DNA of 64,000 bases. Origin: a virus. Lineage: Duplodnaviria; Caudoviricetes. Of this stretch, positions 21,001 through 29,516 are shown piece by piece (the first letter of the stretch is position 1; every line of letters begins with the position of its first letter). The notes under the pieces were generated by a model that saw only the letters and a program-made list of their open reading frames with translations, was not told the origin of the DNA and searched no databases. Location of the stretch: the IMG/VR virus record IMGVR_UViG_3300030330_006525, positions 121,579 to 185,578 of that record, one strand, 5' to 3'. The position numbers were made by a program, and so were the translations under genes.

Positions 21001-24000
21001 CCAGCTGATGGGGAGCCAGAACTTCTAAACTCATAAGTTTTACTCAATCCTTGAGTTGAAATTATTGTTATAGTATTCCCATTACTTGGGTTGCCAGTAC
21101 TATATCTGATTGCACCTACAGCTTTACCGCCTTCATATGTAGAGGACTGAACGTTATTATCAATCGATAAATAAAATTTTCTAGTTCTAGGATCGTGTCC
21201 AACACCCACCATGTGAAATTGATTATCTGCAATATTGACAGAAGAAACTATATCATGAAGACCCATAAAACTAGCAGTTACAAATCCATTTCCGGATGAG
21301 TTTTTCTTGTAATGAACATCAACAAAATTATAAAGCCTAGTTTTTGCGAAAGAGCCCTGAGAAGCATGTGTGTTTCTATGTGCTAAAAGTTGCTGCTGGG
21401 GAATGAGTGCTGTATTTAGTGAACTTGTGAGCATTGAGCCCGTCTGACTCATAACAAATTCGTTAAAATGCTGCCCAGTTGGTGGTCGAACAAACTGGTT
21501 TTTTCCAGAGAAATTTATATGTTGCCTATTCGAACCGGTAATTGTCTCACCAGAACCAGATGCTTCGTATATGGCATCGATGCCAATGGCACCGCCGTTG
21601 AATGGCATTTGAGGCATGCCAAAACTCACCAAAGTTACATCATCAGAATCAGCCGCAATCTTAAAAAATCCTAGATAACCAAAGCTTCCAGTTGCGGAAG
21701 CTAGTGATTTATTTGCAACGGGGCCGGCATCATTGACAATTTTATCGAATACACCAAAATTACCTTTATCTTTAATCAAAGGCCAGTGATAATCTGTATG
21801 TGGCATGTCTGCAAACTGCAAATCCAAAGGAGGATTCATAAGTAATTGAGATTTATTGAAGTTCATTGAATAAATCTCTTCTTTCTGTGGCCACCTTCTA
21901 GAGTACAAAGCAGAAGCAGGAGAACCAAAATGTTCTTGATTGAATCCTAAGTGCCAGGTATTATAATCATTTTGTAATTCGCCTTCACCAAATTGGCCTT
22001 GCCCGCCTCGTAAAACAGTTTGACTACCACTGAATTGTCTAAAAGAGTGCGTTAAGTTTGTTGGTAGATTTGTAAAGTCTTTTCTTGCATCCAAAGGCCA
22101 AATACTAGAAGTTATCATTGTTACAACGTTCTTTACAGTGCGCTCAAGTCGGGCTGTACCCATACTATTTTCTTCTATAAACTTTTTATTGGAAGTAGTA
22201 GTTGATTCAACTTTTACATTATCAATCAACCAAATATCTTGTTTAGTGAAATTTGCGGCTGAATTTGCTTTGTCTGTTCTGCTGATGAATCTGAACCTTA
22301 CATTACCTATATCTTCTGTTAGTTCATGTTCACCCAAATGCCAGGTGCCGGTGAAAGGGCGCGAACCATCACTGTTTTTAGTATTTGTATATTGTTTGAG
22401 AGTTATCCATTCTCCATCAGTGACTTTGTATTGTACAAATAGGTCTTTTTCTGCTTCTGGAGTTGGCCAAGTACCACCACCAGCATCAAATACATAACCA
22501 TCATCATTACTGGTTGCACCTCTAAACGTATAACTAAAGTTGCATGGAGTCGCAAAATCCTTATTTAATACTGCAGTTCTGAACTTGTCGCGGTTATTGA
22601 GCGCTGGTGGGCACCCGGCGCCCTCAACAGCTATTACACGGGCTCTTGTTGAAGCCGCACCACTTAAAGCCAAAACCTTATCACTAGAATCTGCAACAGG
22701 GAGTTTGCGAGCTTGAATTCCCATCCCCGGTAAACCGCTAACAGCAGCAATATCTGACCTTACAGAGGTAAATTCAATCCCTGTGCCAACTACAAAAGAA
22801 GCACTGAGTGCCTGTCCCCCTGTCGTGGGATACGTAAACGCGCCACTGTTAGTATTAAAATCAACATCCAATAACAGGTTTAATTTATATATTGTTTGTC
22901 TATCACTTCTATTTTCTTTCCAAAAAGGATACATATATGCAGTTCTAGATCTAGTTCTTTCCCTAAATGTTTCATTTTCTCTAGGATAAACGTTTTCAGT
23001 GTAATAAAAAGAATCTGGTCTTGGCACTGAACCAGCCGGTTCTAAATTATCGACAAACAAATCTAATATTTCTGTGTCGTTAGTTAATTCGTTATCTTTT
23101 AAAAGATTTGTCAGGTTTCTGTTAGCAAAACGAGAAATACGATTACCATATGAAAGCTGACCAGCTAATAAAATATTGCGCCTGTTTAAGTTTGGAAATA
23201 ACCATCTTGTTTCAAACTCTTCAGAATCTACTTCGTCCAACAAGCCATCAACTGTAAGCCCTGATTCTGCTCCAAAATAAGCAAAATTAATCGGCTTGAA
23301 CCTCACACTGACAGGTATTTCATAATAATTTTTGACTTCACGGTCAAAAGTATGTACAATTGGCTCTCTATTCTCTGGCTCTCCCAAGTATACTGCCTGA
23401 TTTCCAGGCATGTATGTGTTGAAAGTACGCGAAGAGGGCACTCTACCTCCACTACTAAGCTTACGATTCCTTACTTGAACTGTATATATATTCTCTTTTC
23501 GCAATACTCTTGCAATTGGATGTTCTCCACCGCGCATTTGCTTCCAAGAAGGATAACCGTAAGAACCGCCTCTGTGATGAATTAGTGCGTTAAGAACACC
23601 ATGGGGGCCAGTGTAATTAGTGTTATTGGTAATTACAGTCTCGTCGAAGTTGTCAATTGGGAGGCCTCCGACAAAAGATTGATTAATATAATTTGCTTCT
23701 ATATAACTGGAGAGCGCACCTCGATGGGTTGTAATGAATTCAGGGTATCCTAGAATATTCGAAGAAGAGCTTACTGGTTCAAAGATGTTTGTACTAATTC
23801 CAACGAAACTAGTTGGTACAAAACTGTGGTACAACGCTAGCTCCAATGGGTCGGCGCTATTTGCAAAAGAAAGCGGGTTAGAAGAGCCAAAATATCGATT
23901 GCCACCGTTTATATGCGAACCAACATCGCTTGAAGAAATAAACCTCAACTCTGTCTGGAATCTTGAAGTTGTGGCATCATGTGGCACTGTAAAGTTGTGC

Positions 24001-27000
24001 TGATATCCTGGAAAAGTTTGAGTTGTATCTAGTGATGATGCCGTAATCCAAGTATACTGTATGTCACTTTGTGGAATTGGTCTTTGAACAAAAAGATTAT
24101 CATTGCGCTGTACTCTTGTAGGAGCAAGAGGTAATTCATATGCATCTTGCTCTGTTCTTGTGAATTTTGCATTTCTGTTTATTTTATGAAAAGAAGCAGG
24201 TGGCTTGTCGCTATAAACATCTCCAATTGCAGAACCAGACCTAATACCAAATCGCTGTGATTTTTCTGAAGAAAGTAGATTAAGCGTTTCTCTTTGCAAA
24301 AGATTTCGCATATTCATTGAGTTATTCGCTGATAATTCTCCAAAATCTCTGTCTAAATTAGGCCCGCCTCTATGGTCACCTGTTACTGTTCCATCACCAT
24401 CAAACCTTACTGCAAATATATTCTTGACAACTTCTCTTTCTGGTTTTGCTCTCTCCAAGGAAGTGGCGAAAGCAGAAGATGTAAGTTCAGTGGATGTATC
24501 TTTCACAAAACCTTGGTTATTAATAGTTCTACCGGCAGTGTTAAAGTAATCATAAGGATTGTTGAAATTTCCTTGTATTACACTTCCTGTGACCGTTTGA
24601 ATGTTCTTAATATTTACAGGACTCTTTGTCATTCCTTCGCGAGTAACCAAAACATTATTTGGACTTTCTGGTGAAGTGTGTTGTAACTCAAATCGGTTTG
24701 AAGTTATCTTGAGTTTATAACCTTCAATTCTATTTGTGGGGTCAGTTTCTAGCAGATTACCATGGCGATGAGGCTGACCACCAACGTGTTCTTGTGCGAA
24801 CGGACCTTGTAGGGGCACTTCAGTAGTCGGTCCATATGAATCAATATGCTGATTTGTTATTCTAGCTTTTGTAACAAAGGCTGACAATAGAGGCTGGTCA
24901 ATTGATGAGGACATGATAGTAAAAGGAAAAATCAAATCAACATCAGCATCTAAATATCCAGTCGTATTTTCTGTATCTGCTTTTGCAAAAATTCTGTGTT
25001 TCTTATTTGGAACAATTTTATCATTGCAAGAAGCGGTTGCTTGAATGTCTGTTTTTGCTATTGCTATACCGTTATCAGTACCAAATTCTACAGCTGCCTT
25101 ATAAAGGTCTGGCAATTTGTTTGCTGTTGGGTTATTACCAGTACTCAAATCTCTGCTTCTTTCTACTCCAAAGCGATACGGTCTGGATAGTCTTCTTGTT
25201 GCATAAGTCGAACCTGAAACGTCTGTAACCCTTATTCTATTAATTGTCTCTTTTTGATTGTCAATCTTTATATCGCCAGTTCTAAGTTCAGCTGATGACC
25301 TAGGTGCTCTATCTTTCCACCAGAGACAATTATCAAACTCTTCTTTACCTGCACCGCCTGTAAAATTGGAAACTACAGTGTGCCCAATTGAATCAGTGTT
25401 TATTCTATTACCTATTGAGCCAGCTTCAGCTTGAGTAATCGTGACTGTATCAACCCCGTTTGAAACTGCAGTATAAGATGCATCTGTTGTGGCGTTTATA
25501 GCAACCGCAATTGCATTTGCAGCTTTTGTTTTCCCAGAAACACCACCACCGACGCCACTAAAGCCTACAACAGCAGTACCACCAGAGCCACCGCCTGAAG
25601 CTTGCGCTATGCCTCCATTTATAGTGTATGTTGTACTAGTGCCCCTATAATCTACTAAAGTAAACGTGTCTCCATGCTGAATGCCGCCGGCATCAGATAT
25701 AACGATTGTAGCCGTAGCAGTGGCAGTAGCCAATGGAGCATGACCGTGCTCCCAATCATATAACAGCTCGTTAACGCCTCTAATACTTGGAAAAGGATCT
25801 TGGGCTTTCATTTCCAAAGTTGGAAATTTATGCCAATACTTATTTCTCTCTAGCAAGTGACTTTCTATCAAGGTTCTTAAATCATCAACCATATTCGCGG
25901 TTGCCGGTTTAAGATTTGCTATAATTGTACTGATTGCAGAGTCAAACCACTTATAATATTCGAGATATTTCTCAACACTTGGTGTATTTTTAACCCTCGA
26001 AAAGAAAAGGTCTCTTAGTTTTTCCATACTCTTGTATTCTTGGCGGTATTTGTTAACCGGTTCACCGATTAAGTTATTAAAATCAGTAATAGTACCAAAA
26101 AATTTGAGCATCTCAGATGAAATAACGTCATAAAAACTTTTTTCAACTGCAAATAATAGTTCTTGTGGTTTATAATCTCTTCTAAAATTTTCTAAATCAA
26201 AGTCTTCTACTTTAATCATATTTGAACTGTAAACTTGTTCAATATCATTTTTATTAGCAACATTTATATAGCGATAATCAACAATATCTGTGACACCAGG
26301 AAAACCGAAACCTAGACCAGGATGGCTTCTGTTGACAATGTTTCCTAAATATCCATATGCTGGGTCTGTCAAAGAGTCAGAACCAGAAGAATAGTCTTGA
26401 ATTACTATTCCGCCGTTAGCATCTGTAACTCCGCCATTCTCTAAGTTGTTGAAATCCCAATGCAAAGAGAGGGTTTTGTACTTAGGAATATCTAAAATAG
26501 AACCACTATTTTCAAAAATATATGGTTGTTCATATACTTTATTTTGGCCGTAAGAAGAATAAATAGCGTGATTATTAACTTCTTCATTTGTTAACAAGCT
26601 CTGCCAATATCTTACTGAAGAAACCAACACGTCTGTTTGCCGCGTAACGCTACCAGTGTAATTGGTTCTTTTAGCGCCAGCATAAATTTTCTTTTTGTTT
26701 TGTAGTAATGCTTTACCAGCAGTTGCATTGCAAGTACCAGTTGCCTTAAAGCTATCGATTAATTCATCTTGGACATAGTGAACTCCATAAAACTCAATGG
26801 TATAAGTTGCTGGGTCTCTAGAGCCAGAAACTGCATCTGTGAAAGGGTAATCAATTGGCTTGATAGAAACAGCTAATGTCCATTTTTTATTATCGTATAA
26901 ATCAACAATTGTATCAGATGTTATATTGCTAAACAAGCCGCTGTGAGACTTAAGTACAAATTTGGCATCCGGGCTTGCAGAGTTAACTTTTTCTACGTAG

Positions 27001-29516
27001 ACGTCCATATCAGAAATTGTATTTCCGCCAGTCACTGTATTGGTTAATAATAAGGCCGGGTCTGCTCCAGAATTTGCAGCAAAAGCTGTAGTAATCGTGC
27101 CGCTAGAATCGTGAGTTAAAGAAATTTGAGTACCTGAAGCTACAGCTGTTACATTAACTGTTCCACCAGAAGAGCCATTTATTGCGGCTGCAATACGAGT
27201 TGCAAGAGTCTCTGAATTTCCTGATATTGCTATATCAACTAGTGCATCTGTACTGTTATCATTAGCCAGAGTCACTGTTCTAGTAGAACTGCCGTCGCCT
27301 ATTGTGATTGTGTTGCCAGCATGAGCATTAATCATTCCTGCGCCAACGCGGCTGACAGTGATAGAAATTGTGTGAGTAATCGGTAAAACGCTAGCGTATG
27401 TGTTTCCTTTATTGTCCGTTGGTTCATGAAAACCAAAAATAGAACTTTCTGTAAAACCACCATCAACAAAATTTACCGAATCTGCTGCAAACTTCTCCGG
27501 AAACATAACGTCTGCTTCCATTGTAAAAGGTATTGTCTCAAAACCAGCAGCAATACAACTTCGCGCTCTAGAATCATCCGGATCCATTGAACCTGAAGAT
27601 TGGTAGAAAGTCGCAGAAAAATTGTTAATATTATCGAAATCAATGAACGCTTCTCTTTTTGCTGTATATCTAGGAGAATCTTCAATTATGAATTCAGAAT
27701 TTTTTCCGTAAATATTTAACTTTACTACTTCTTCATCAATACCAAAACAGCGAAAAAGATTTCTAAAGGACTTCTCAGTGCCTTTAGTTTTGTATATATG
27801 AGTTAAGTTATTATAGATATTTCTATAGATAAAGTTCTTAACATCTTCCAATTCTTCATCGTATTTTCTCTCGTTATCTTGACCGTGCAATCTTTCTAAA
27901 ACTGACGCATCAGCAAAAAGCTCTGGTGTTAAAAAACCTGCAGACTCTAAAGCCTTGTGTATAAAAGGTGGTGGCTTTGAACCGCTAGAATGCTGAGAAG
28001 ACCTAAGATAATCATTATACTCAATATTTTTGAGAACAGGCAGGGATTTAATTTGTAAAAATGCTGTATCAAAATAACTGGCTAAAATTTGTGTTAGTTC
28101 TAAAAGAAGATCTTTATTCGAACCGTCCTCTCTCTTCATCCACGTTGGAATAGAATTCCAAATCGCAGAAGTGTTTTTTAAGTCATGTTCTTCACCCTTA
28201 TCTGTCAAAGTTTTAAGACTAGAAATATAATCTGGATGGTCGGGATATAATATTGGGTCCTTGAACTCTTTATCTGCTTTACCGCTTAAAACGATTGCAG
28301 ACTGCGTATTTCTAGTGTATGAGTTATAACCTGTAAATGTAGCGTTTGTTAATCTTCCGGAATAATCTAATATTGTTTGGTCAATACTGGAAGTTCCTGT
28401 GATTCCTTCGTTAAATTTATAGTATACACCTAGAGCTGCATTATCGATATGTTTGTTAGTTCCACCTGCAACTTCGCGAAAATAGTTTCTTCCAATTTGT
28501 TCAGCTGTTCTTTTCTCTTTCCAGAATCTGAAATCATCCAAAGAACCGGACAATTTACCATAACCTCTCACTGTTGTTGTAGCGTCGGAGGCAGCAACAA
28601 GACCACCAATAACACCATTTATAGTTGTTGGAATGTGACCAAAACTTGTAATACTAGTAAAATCTTTTGTCTGATTGTGTACACCATCAACATACATATC
28701 TGCTATCAGCTTAGCATTGTCACTGTCATGCTTGATTGCAAATGAATAATGATGCCAATTGCCGTCACAGACTGTTGCAGTTGTAAGAGTTGTGGCACCA
28801 ATCTGCTGAAAATTTGGCCCAACATTACCAGCAGCAGAACCAGATTCATAAGTAATGTGGAAAGGAGACCCGCCGCTGCCAGGGGTTGCCAACTCTATTC
28901 TAAATCTACCATAACCCTGTGTACCTGAACCTGTGCCAACCGTGTAAGCATCGAAAATTACTTCTCTTTTAGTTAAAGAATCAGAGACTAAAGCCGATTT
29001 TTTTAACCAAAATTCTAGAGTATTTCCGTCGATACCAGAAATCTTTAAGTTAGATTCTTGCTTTGCAGACGGGTCATAAACATTCTTTACAGTTGAGCCA
29101 AAGAAAAATATATGTTCTGGAGATGATGATTTTCCATAAACTCCTCCAAATTGAGACCCGACCAAACTACCCCAGCCGGTTGGAGAAAAGTTAACATAAC
29201 CATTTGTTCTTGGATACTTATTTTCAAATAAAAACAAGTCTATATAGGAAGAGCTTGCTTGCCATTCTTCTTTTTCAAAAAAGGTGCCATCGTAAGGATA
29301 CGTACTATAAACTCTTTTAAATGAATCTCTATAATATTTTTCAGCCAGTCCAAAATTAGCAAAATTGGTTGGGTCGGAAAAATCGACAGTAGGCATATAT
29401 CTAGCTAAATTATCAACTTTTTGAGTTACAAACCTGCGACCTTCCGTGCTTCCGGATAATGCTGCTAATGACCTAGATTTGGAACTTTTTTGTTGGAAAT
29501 AATCCTTATAACTCAT
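12027..29516 (-). CDS. Giant (5829 aa) baseplate-wedge (gp7-like)/adhesin protein with LamG, reelin-like, FG-GAP and inserted modules
   Basis: IYKTKGTEKSFRNLFRCFG matches the 'YxxKGT..S...LF' motif of gp7/P2-gpI-type wedge proteins. LamG motifs (TLEFWLK..DGNWHHY..MYVDG..SGSLDDFRFW; FSFFCWVNP..WNLIGF..LYING..FVGQMAEISMFD). Asp-box YSADGGTTW. FG-GAP repeats. Lies downstream of the gp25/gp6 genes. Confidence 0.75.
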   Translation of the reverse strand: MSYKDYFQQKSSKSRSLAALSGSTEGRRFVTQKVDNLARYMPTVDFSDPTNFANFGLAEKYYRDSFKRVYSTYPYDGTFFEKEEWQASSSYIDLFLFENKYPRTNGYVNFSPTGWGSLVGSQFGGVYGKSSSPEHIFFFGSTVKNVYDPSAKQESNLKISGIDGNTLEFWLKKSALVSDSLTKREVIFDAYTVGTGSGTQGYGRFRIELATPGSGGSPFHITYESGSAAGNVGPNFQQIGATTLTTATVCDGNWHHYSFAIKHDSDNAKLIADMYVDGVHNQTKDFTSITSFGHIPTTINGVIGGLVAASDATTTVRGYGKLSGSLDDFRFWKEKRTAEQIGRNYFREVAGGTNKHIDNAALGVYYKFNEGITGTSSIDQTILDYSGRLTNATFTGYNSYTRNTQSAIVLSGKADKEFKDPILYPDHPDYISSLKTLTDKGEEHDLKNTSAIWNSIPTWMKREDGSNKDLLLELTQILASYFDTAFLQIKSLPVLKNIEYNDYLRSSQHSSGSKPPPFIHKALESAGFLTPELFADASVLERLHGQDNERKYDEELEDVKNFIYRNIYNNLTHIYKTKGTEKSFRNLFRCFGIDEEVVKLNIYGKNSEFIIEDSPRYTAKREAFIDFDNINNFSATFYQSSGSMDPDDSRARSCIAAGFETIPFTMEADVMFPEKFAADSVNFVDGGFTESSIFGFHEPTDNKGNTYASVLPITHTISITVSRVGAGMINAHAGNTITIGDGSSTRTVTLANDNSTDALVDIAISGNSETLATRIAAAINGSSGGTVNVTAVASGTQISLTHDSSGTITTAFAANSGADPALLLTNTVTGGNTISDMDVYVEKVNSASPDAKFVLKSHSGLFSNITSDTIVDLYDNKKWTLAVSIKPIDYPFTDAVSGSRDPATYTIEFYGVHYVQDELIDSFKATGTCNATAGKALLQNKKKIYAGAKRTNYTGSVTRQTDVLVSSVRYWQSLLTNEEVNNHAIYSSYGQNKVYEQPYIFENSGSILDIPKYKTLSLHWDFNNLENGGVTDANGGIVIQDYSSGSDSLTDPAYGYLGNIVNRSHPGLGFGFPGVTDIVDYRYINVANKNDIEQVYSSNMIKVEDFDLENFRRDYKPQELLFAVEKSFYDVISSEMLKFFGTITDFNNLIGEPVNKYRQEYKSMEKLRDLFFSRVKNTPSVEKYLEYYKWFDSAISTIIANLKPATANMVDDLRTLIESHLLERNKYWHKFPTLEMKAQDPFPSIRGVNELLYDWEHGHAPLATATATATIVISDAGGIQHGDTFTLVDYRGTSTTYTINGGIAQASGGGSGGTAVVGFSGVGGGVSGKTKAANAIAVAINATTDASYTAVSNGVDTVTITQAEAGSIGNRINTDSIGHTVVSNFTGGAGKEEFDNCLWWKDRAPRSSAELRTGDIKIDNQKETINRIRVTDVSGSTYATRRLSRPYRFGVERSRDLSTGNNPTANKLPDLYKAAVEFGTDNGIAIAKTDIQATASCNDKIVPNKKHRIFAKADTENTTGYLDADVDLIFPFTIMSSSIDQPLLSAFVTKARITNQHIDSYGPTTEVPLQGPFAQEHVGGQPHRHGNLLETDPTNRIEGYKLKITSNRFELQHTSPESPNNVLVTREGMTKSPVNIKNIQTVTGSVIQGNFNNPYDYFNTAGRTINNQGFVKDTSTELTSSAFATSLERAKPEREVVKNIFAVRFDGDGTVTGDHRGGPNLDRDFGELSANNSMNMRNLLQRETLNLLSSEKSQRFGIRSGSAIGDVYSDKPPASFHKINRNAKFTRTEQDAYELPLAPTRVQRNDNLFVQRPIPQSDIQYTWITASSLDTTQTFPGYQHNFTVPHDATTSRFQTELRFISSSDVGSHINGGNRYFGSSNPLSFANSADPLELALYHSFVPTSFVGISTNIFEPVSSSSNILGYPEFITTHRGALSSYIEANYINQSFVGGLPIDNFDETVITNNTNYTGPHGVLNALIHHRGGSYGYPSWKQMRGGEHPIARVLRKENIYTVQVRNRKLSSGGRVPSSRTFNTYMPGNQAVYLGEPENREPIVHTFDREVKNYYEIPVSVRFKPINFAYFGAESGLTVDGLLDEVDSEEFETRWLFPNLNRRNILLAGQLSYGNRISRFANRNLTNLLKDNELTNDTEILDLFVDNLEPAGSVPRPDSFYYTENVYPRENETFRERTRSRTAYMYPFWKENRSDRQTIYKLNLLLDVDFNTNSGAFTYPTTGGQALSASFVVGTGIEFTSVRSDIAAVSGLPGMGIQARKLPVADSSDKVLALSGAASTRARVIAVEGAGCPPALNNRDKFRTAVLNKDFATPCNFSYTFRGATSNDDGYVFDAGGGTWPTPEAEKDLFVQYKVTDGEWITLKQYTNTKNSDGSRPFTGTWHLGEHELTEDIGNVRFRFISRTDKANSAANFTKQDIWLIDNVKVESTTTSNKKFIEENSMGTARLERTVKNVVTMITSSIWPLDARKDFTNLPTNLTHSFRQFSGSQTVLRGGQGQFGEGELQNDYNTWHLGFNQEHFGSPASALYSRRWPQKEEIYSMNFNKSQLLMNPPLDLQFADMPHTDYHWPLIKDKGNFGVFDKIVNDAGPVANKSLASATGSFGYLGFFKIAADSDDVTLVSFGMPQMPFNGGAIGIDAIYEASGSGETITGSNRQHINFSGKNQFVRPPTGQHFNEFVMSQTGSMLTSSLNTALIPQQQLLAHRNTHASQGSFAKTRLYNFVDVHYKKNSSGNGFVTASFMGLHDIVSSVNIADNQFHMVGVGHDPRTRKFYLSIDNNVQSSTYEGGKAVGAIRYSTGNPSNGNTITIISTQGLSKTYEFRSSGSPSAGNVSVAIDGSSATTTYTSLVTAINGASGHNGAIAAELTTKSASEGTVGLVQQIPGATGNTTITTSISGVTKYDFFGGGSGAINSLTSYVPFSYDVDLEEADSHSSYWISSGIVENILGLGKTGAVAGEQFHMGAVVKAHSGNGSHVPTVAEAGTKALVLFGNSNAPHDYDNVATYNDIHGVNALGAFAQSSLWSSSPIIKWMEPAYDKILSPENGNHPAALGDNSLATLLPGGHRPLHHSQLTRRAIFYGSKFNISFDLIKGGANNNAFGLSNSSPASGEDFLITVATSSLGNGLGSSVKASEVLQKSVIDGLYSKVYNDFTGSTTSTISNIGWKTVKLIAADSIPDNSYNSFSFDYTHTSSSAGASIPVNRNCVFRLSHISATGTDGWAIKNFKITVLETADNNNAHETKYTNYRKYQRIVPQDFGLTSHSTHNYSSFPLNFDASGDYVFAPARNVGPGGQVYVFKKIDNSEWVLHQTLVASNGVAVEDAFGRDVAVDGSIAVIGNNLEDTAGTDAGAVYIFELGEDGDWTEKAILTASDGAANDLFGQAVSLSGDTALVGAPSENSGDGAAYIFDRDDAGNWTQSAKLTANDAAANDNFGLSVSIAGDVIAVGSPFDDDGASLAGSVYIFNRSEAGAWSQTVKLTGPGTENDMFGVMAELDKSGNRLIVASVNSGVFIYELQLEGDWLQVANLTTLAEITDVSISGDTAVVGRRDDDTVTTNAGAVHILNRSTAGVWTEIQKIVPDDGFINGKFGQDVVLSDTGELYIGSKNNFYVYKKPTAESLYDQEPGTADTYYYPNISDAGPYQLTALGPNVVIGGAQGPFFEDFATYTHNTTGDVAEPNIGSGTATNRNAQGKWILNYDTSNGTHAAAQPYGGPVFYAKRLTASADHYSFNGYRTAKEKPKNIGFSNHQSKAETPNTYDYNDKVLAFISGSIEPGDVPDNPTSERCRYAILNKSFPTPCGISYKIQSVGATGHENRMNNYLRIDDSHFYCFSGSAIGSPPGRPTHLANHWKTNGYLDTTVKYDRPHEMVRVFQTSSVQGYHAYEKAVALCGVSLPIANIPGYASSGIKNFYNNAFNVGHWRYLEFPREYKTPLQITMKVARAGNAVSGSANYSSSFADMPKHASNHRIHFQYSADGGTTWKSTSFLDSNASRQNKFFTWRPHINNVNTGHGGVHNVADGTYVKIRLLARMHDGGSDQGASFGDANAEAHNKSVWLVSNIMVHPSQSLASGADLFRALPNMGTDGKTTGMYLQYATSKTGPWTTIQEIPSSTFGTQTTNYSANKHTGFGSSTSAVIQKHVNQWEFKRAQITASLGNVYFRWIQPVNTNANFYSYNTRDAWLLKDIFVTNPNNYVFSKSSTSLTSDASHAHGIASSSFVSFDETKNKNKAKFKFTDSTDLSNGFLSIPNNVATYYRDSYEGQIGESLFFNTSSFFEDVTALDKIKEVFNKSTSPWQLLNFYSSKLTSSYTPGEESPGIGKAFLIDTGSVSFAEPKIFTPYASVRGNNIVGYDEVGLTGTEEFDATNYVNAHRVFNNYLGADLSTITVSSVPTSDEHVTTTKQQIAEISANHFGLGDSCRNPQLHTASADNKVPMGVSSSFVEFGLPFNQLNENFDKTGLHLFQVKTSRFYGDTEDRKYSNPTGIETLARYVHTTGSLYSRRKVNEWLSGESKWLAPSSSGLQPFYKDYNEYREELRAVGKDYGLVSEYKASDHMNTYVRDDGINYFRRIDAGPSAPFGRGGLSLTGSSLSSRLGDFWNTHHFTDFMKYFDVIKQGKLPGQPRMTALRCSALLKLLPYEGFYPANRTLQLANLFAEEYNSGSIETNPSVTSAKLSFLSKPFFAPGILYNSIKAGIACDYPVFENRSTISESDRLADGTITDSLLKQKEYGESVKGSFINDSDDTKSHALATYNNYAATQGGSGPRLDVESADRIPFEALINPFVLGDKSIYDNEPHPSASLLYAYSPLVSVDGQISFNKNNVATFTKYSLAMNNFVAETVNFFMEDGKLTSFKSETGPFYVKPSDTNRKHKMRFYVENKDTTVYERESAFGPSVENTLLYRENGGYVAKSGFKPYHPQFLRKNNATAVEFEFTPRESREYSLEEIVSQITASYITDYEVNTNIESYKTDRRQNNSILLKRSFYENSSRQELVIPYNESSMENSFSDNMSKVFRVKDAFFVREDAETGQRHLQKIASDAFDSEFENLRTGGDTATSFTDTSRDPRYRFLLPYENGLQSSLIYPQRNTEDETQFYGDNLFRSEGIWFTKFACLTFTDNFQSNSAELVGNRRLITKISASMTSNASETTAVASPVVKGITNKNANYFSFFCWVNPSDNTSSDNEIMNVFSFGNSSDSFVFRINESSIEISGSGNKNYVVTTNDQMSKESYHEVVRNHWNLIGFTMSISHTRAGNLTSKKVVFDLYINGKFLSETEAEISDDPFYGRSMTMVSPGANPPIKLENYTNNRENPLRLKIGGAVDASDNNNFVGQMAEISMFDIPLKGRRAKKLYRKFSDYFLPETQLRKVFTQEGLGNNLFYYFHMPLPRSGLTRLFNSTRSYQIFRDVDAQRTRGRASFLLANKFFRNTRSRNRIQARMLPRGFAFRSVLNSNYREAMYLNSSFNLFGVQEIQSITIDTNGNTAQSDATNQTKRAWVIQPKWELPVLNFNNTPAIFNEINVSGSVSVVTSSLEYAWKTNDLSKYYIQSSRGLWHQYSKINSGYKARMADGKIRSWERSLIDLCKFDRTEKTIGNVRETKIISEAIVAIPFYRDPRGLRMKPFEARKNTLDAAIRRISQEKLGVDPETLPLTADHPLVIQTRMLDKYVFPPQYDYLTFGYDGQSNPPQIAGGSRRASRVLMYVFEFEAELDKEDLMNIWQNLPPKIAKHGESPQDKVVMHDLSKMMGGERKVPDDIRWAVFKVKRRAEKSYLRKVDDSLYDTEAGNLFKKAVENNPNIITPTIVEGKGPSYNWPYDFFSLIELIKIDSKVIIE
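18660..19670 (-). repeat. FG-GAP (integrin-alpha-like beta-propeller) repeats within the giant protein
   Basis: About 6-7 units, e.g. LTASDGAANDLFGQAVSLSGDTALVGAP...GAAYIF and LTANDAAANDNFGLSVSIAGDVIAVGSP...GSVYIF. Confidence 0.85.

Noticed and set aside
12027-29516. Diversity-generating retroelement or intein/intron explaining the giant gene
   Set aside because: No reverse transcriptase, no near-identical template/variable repeat pair, and no intein or homing-endonuclease motifs seen. Internal repeats are protein-level and diverged.
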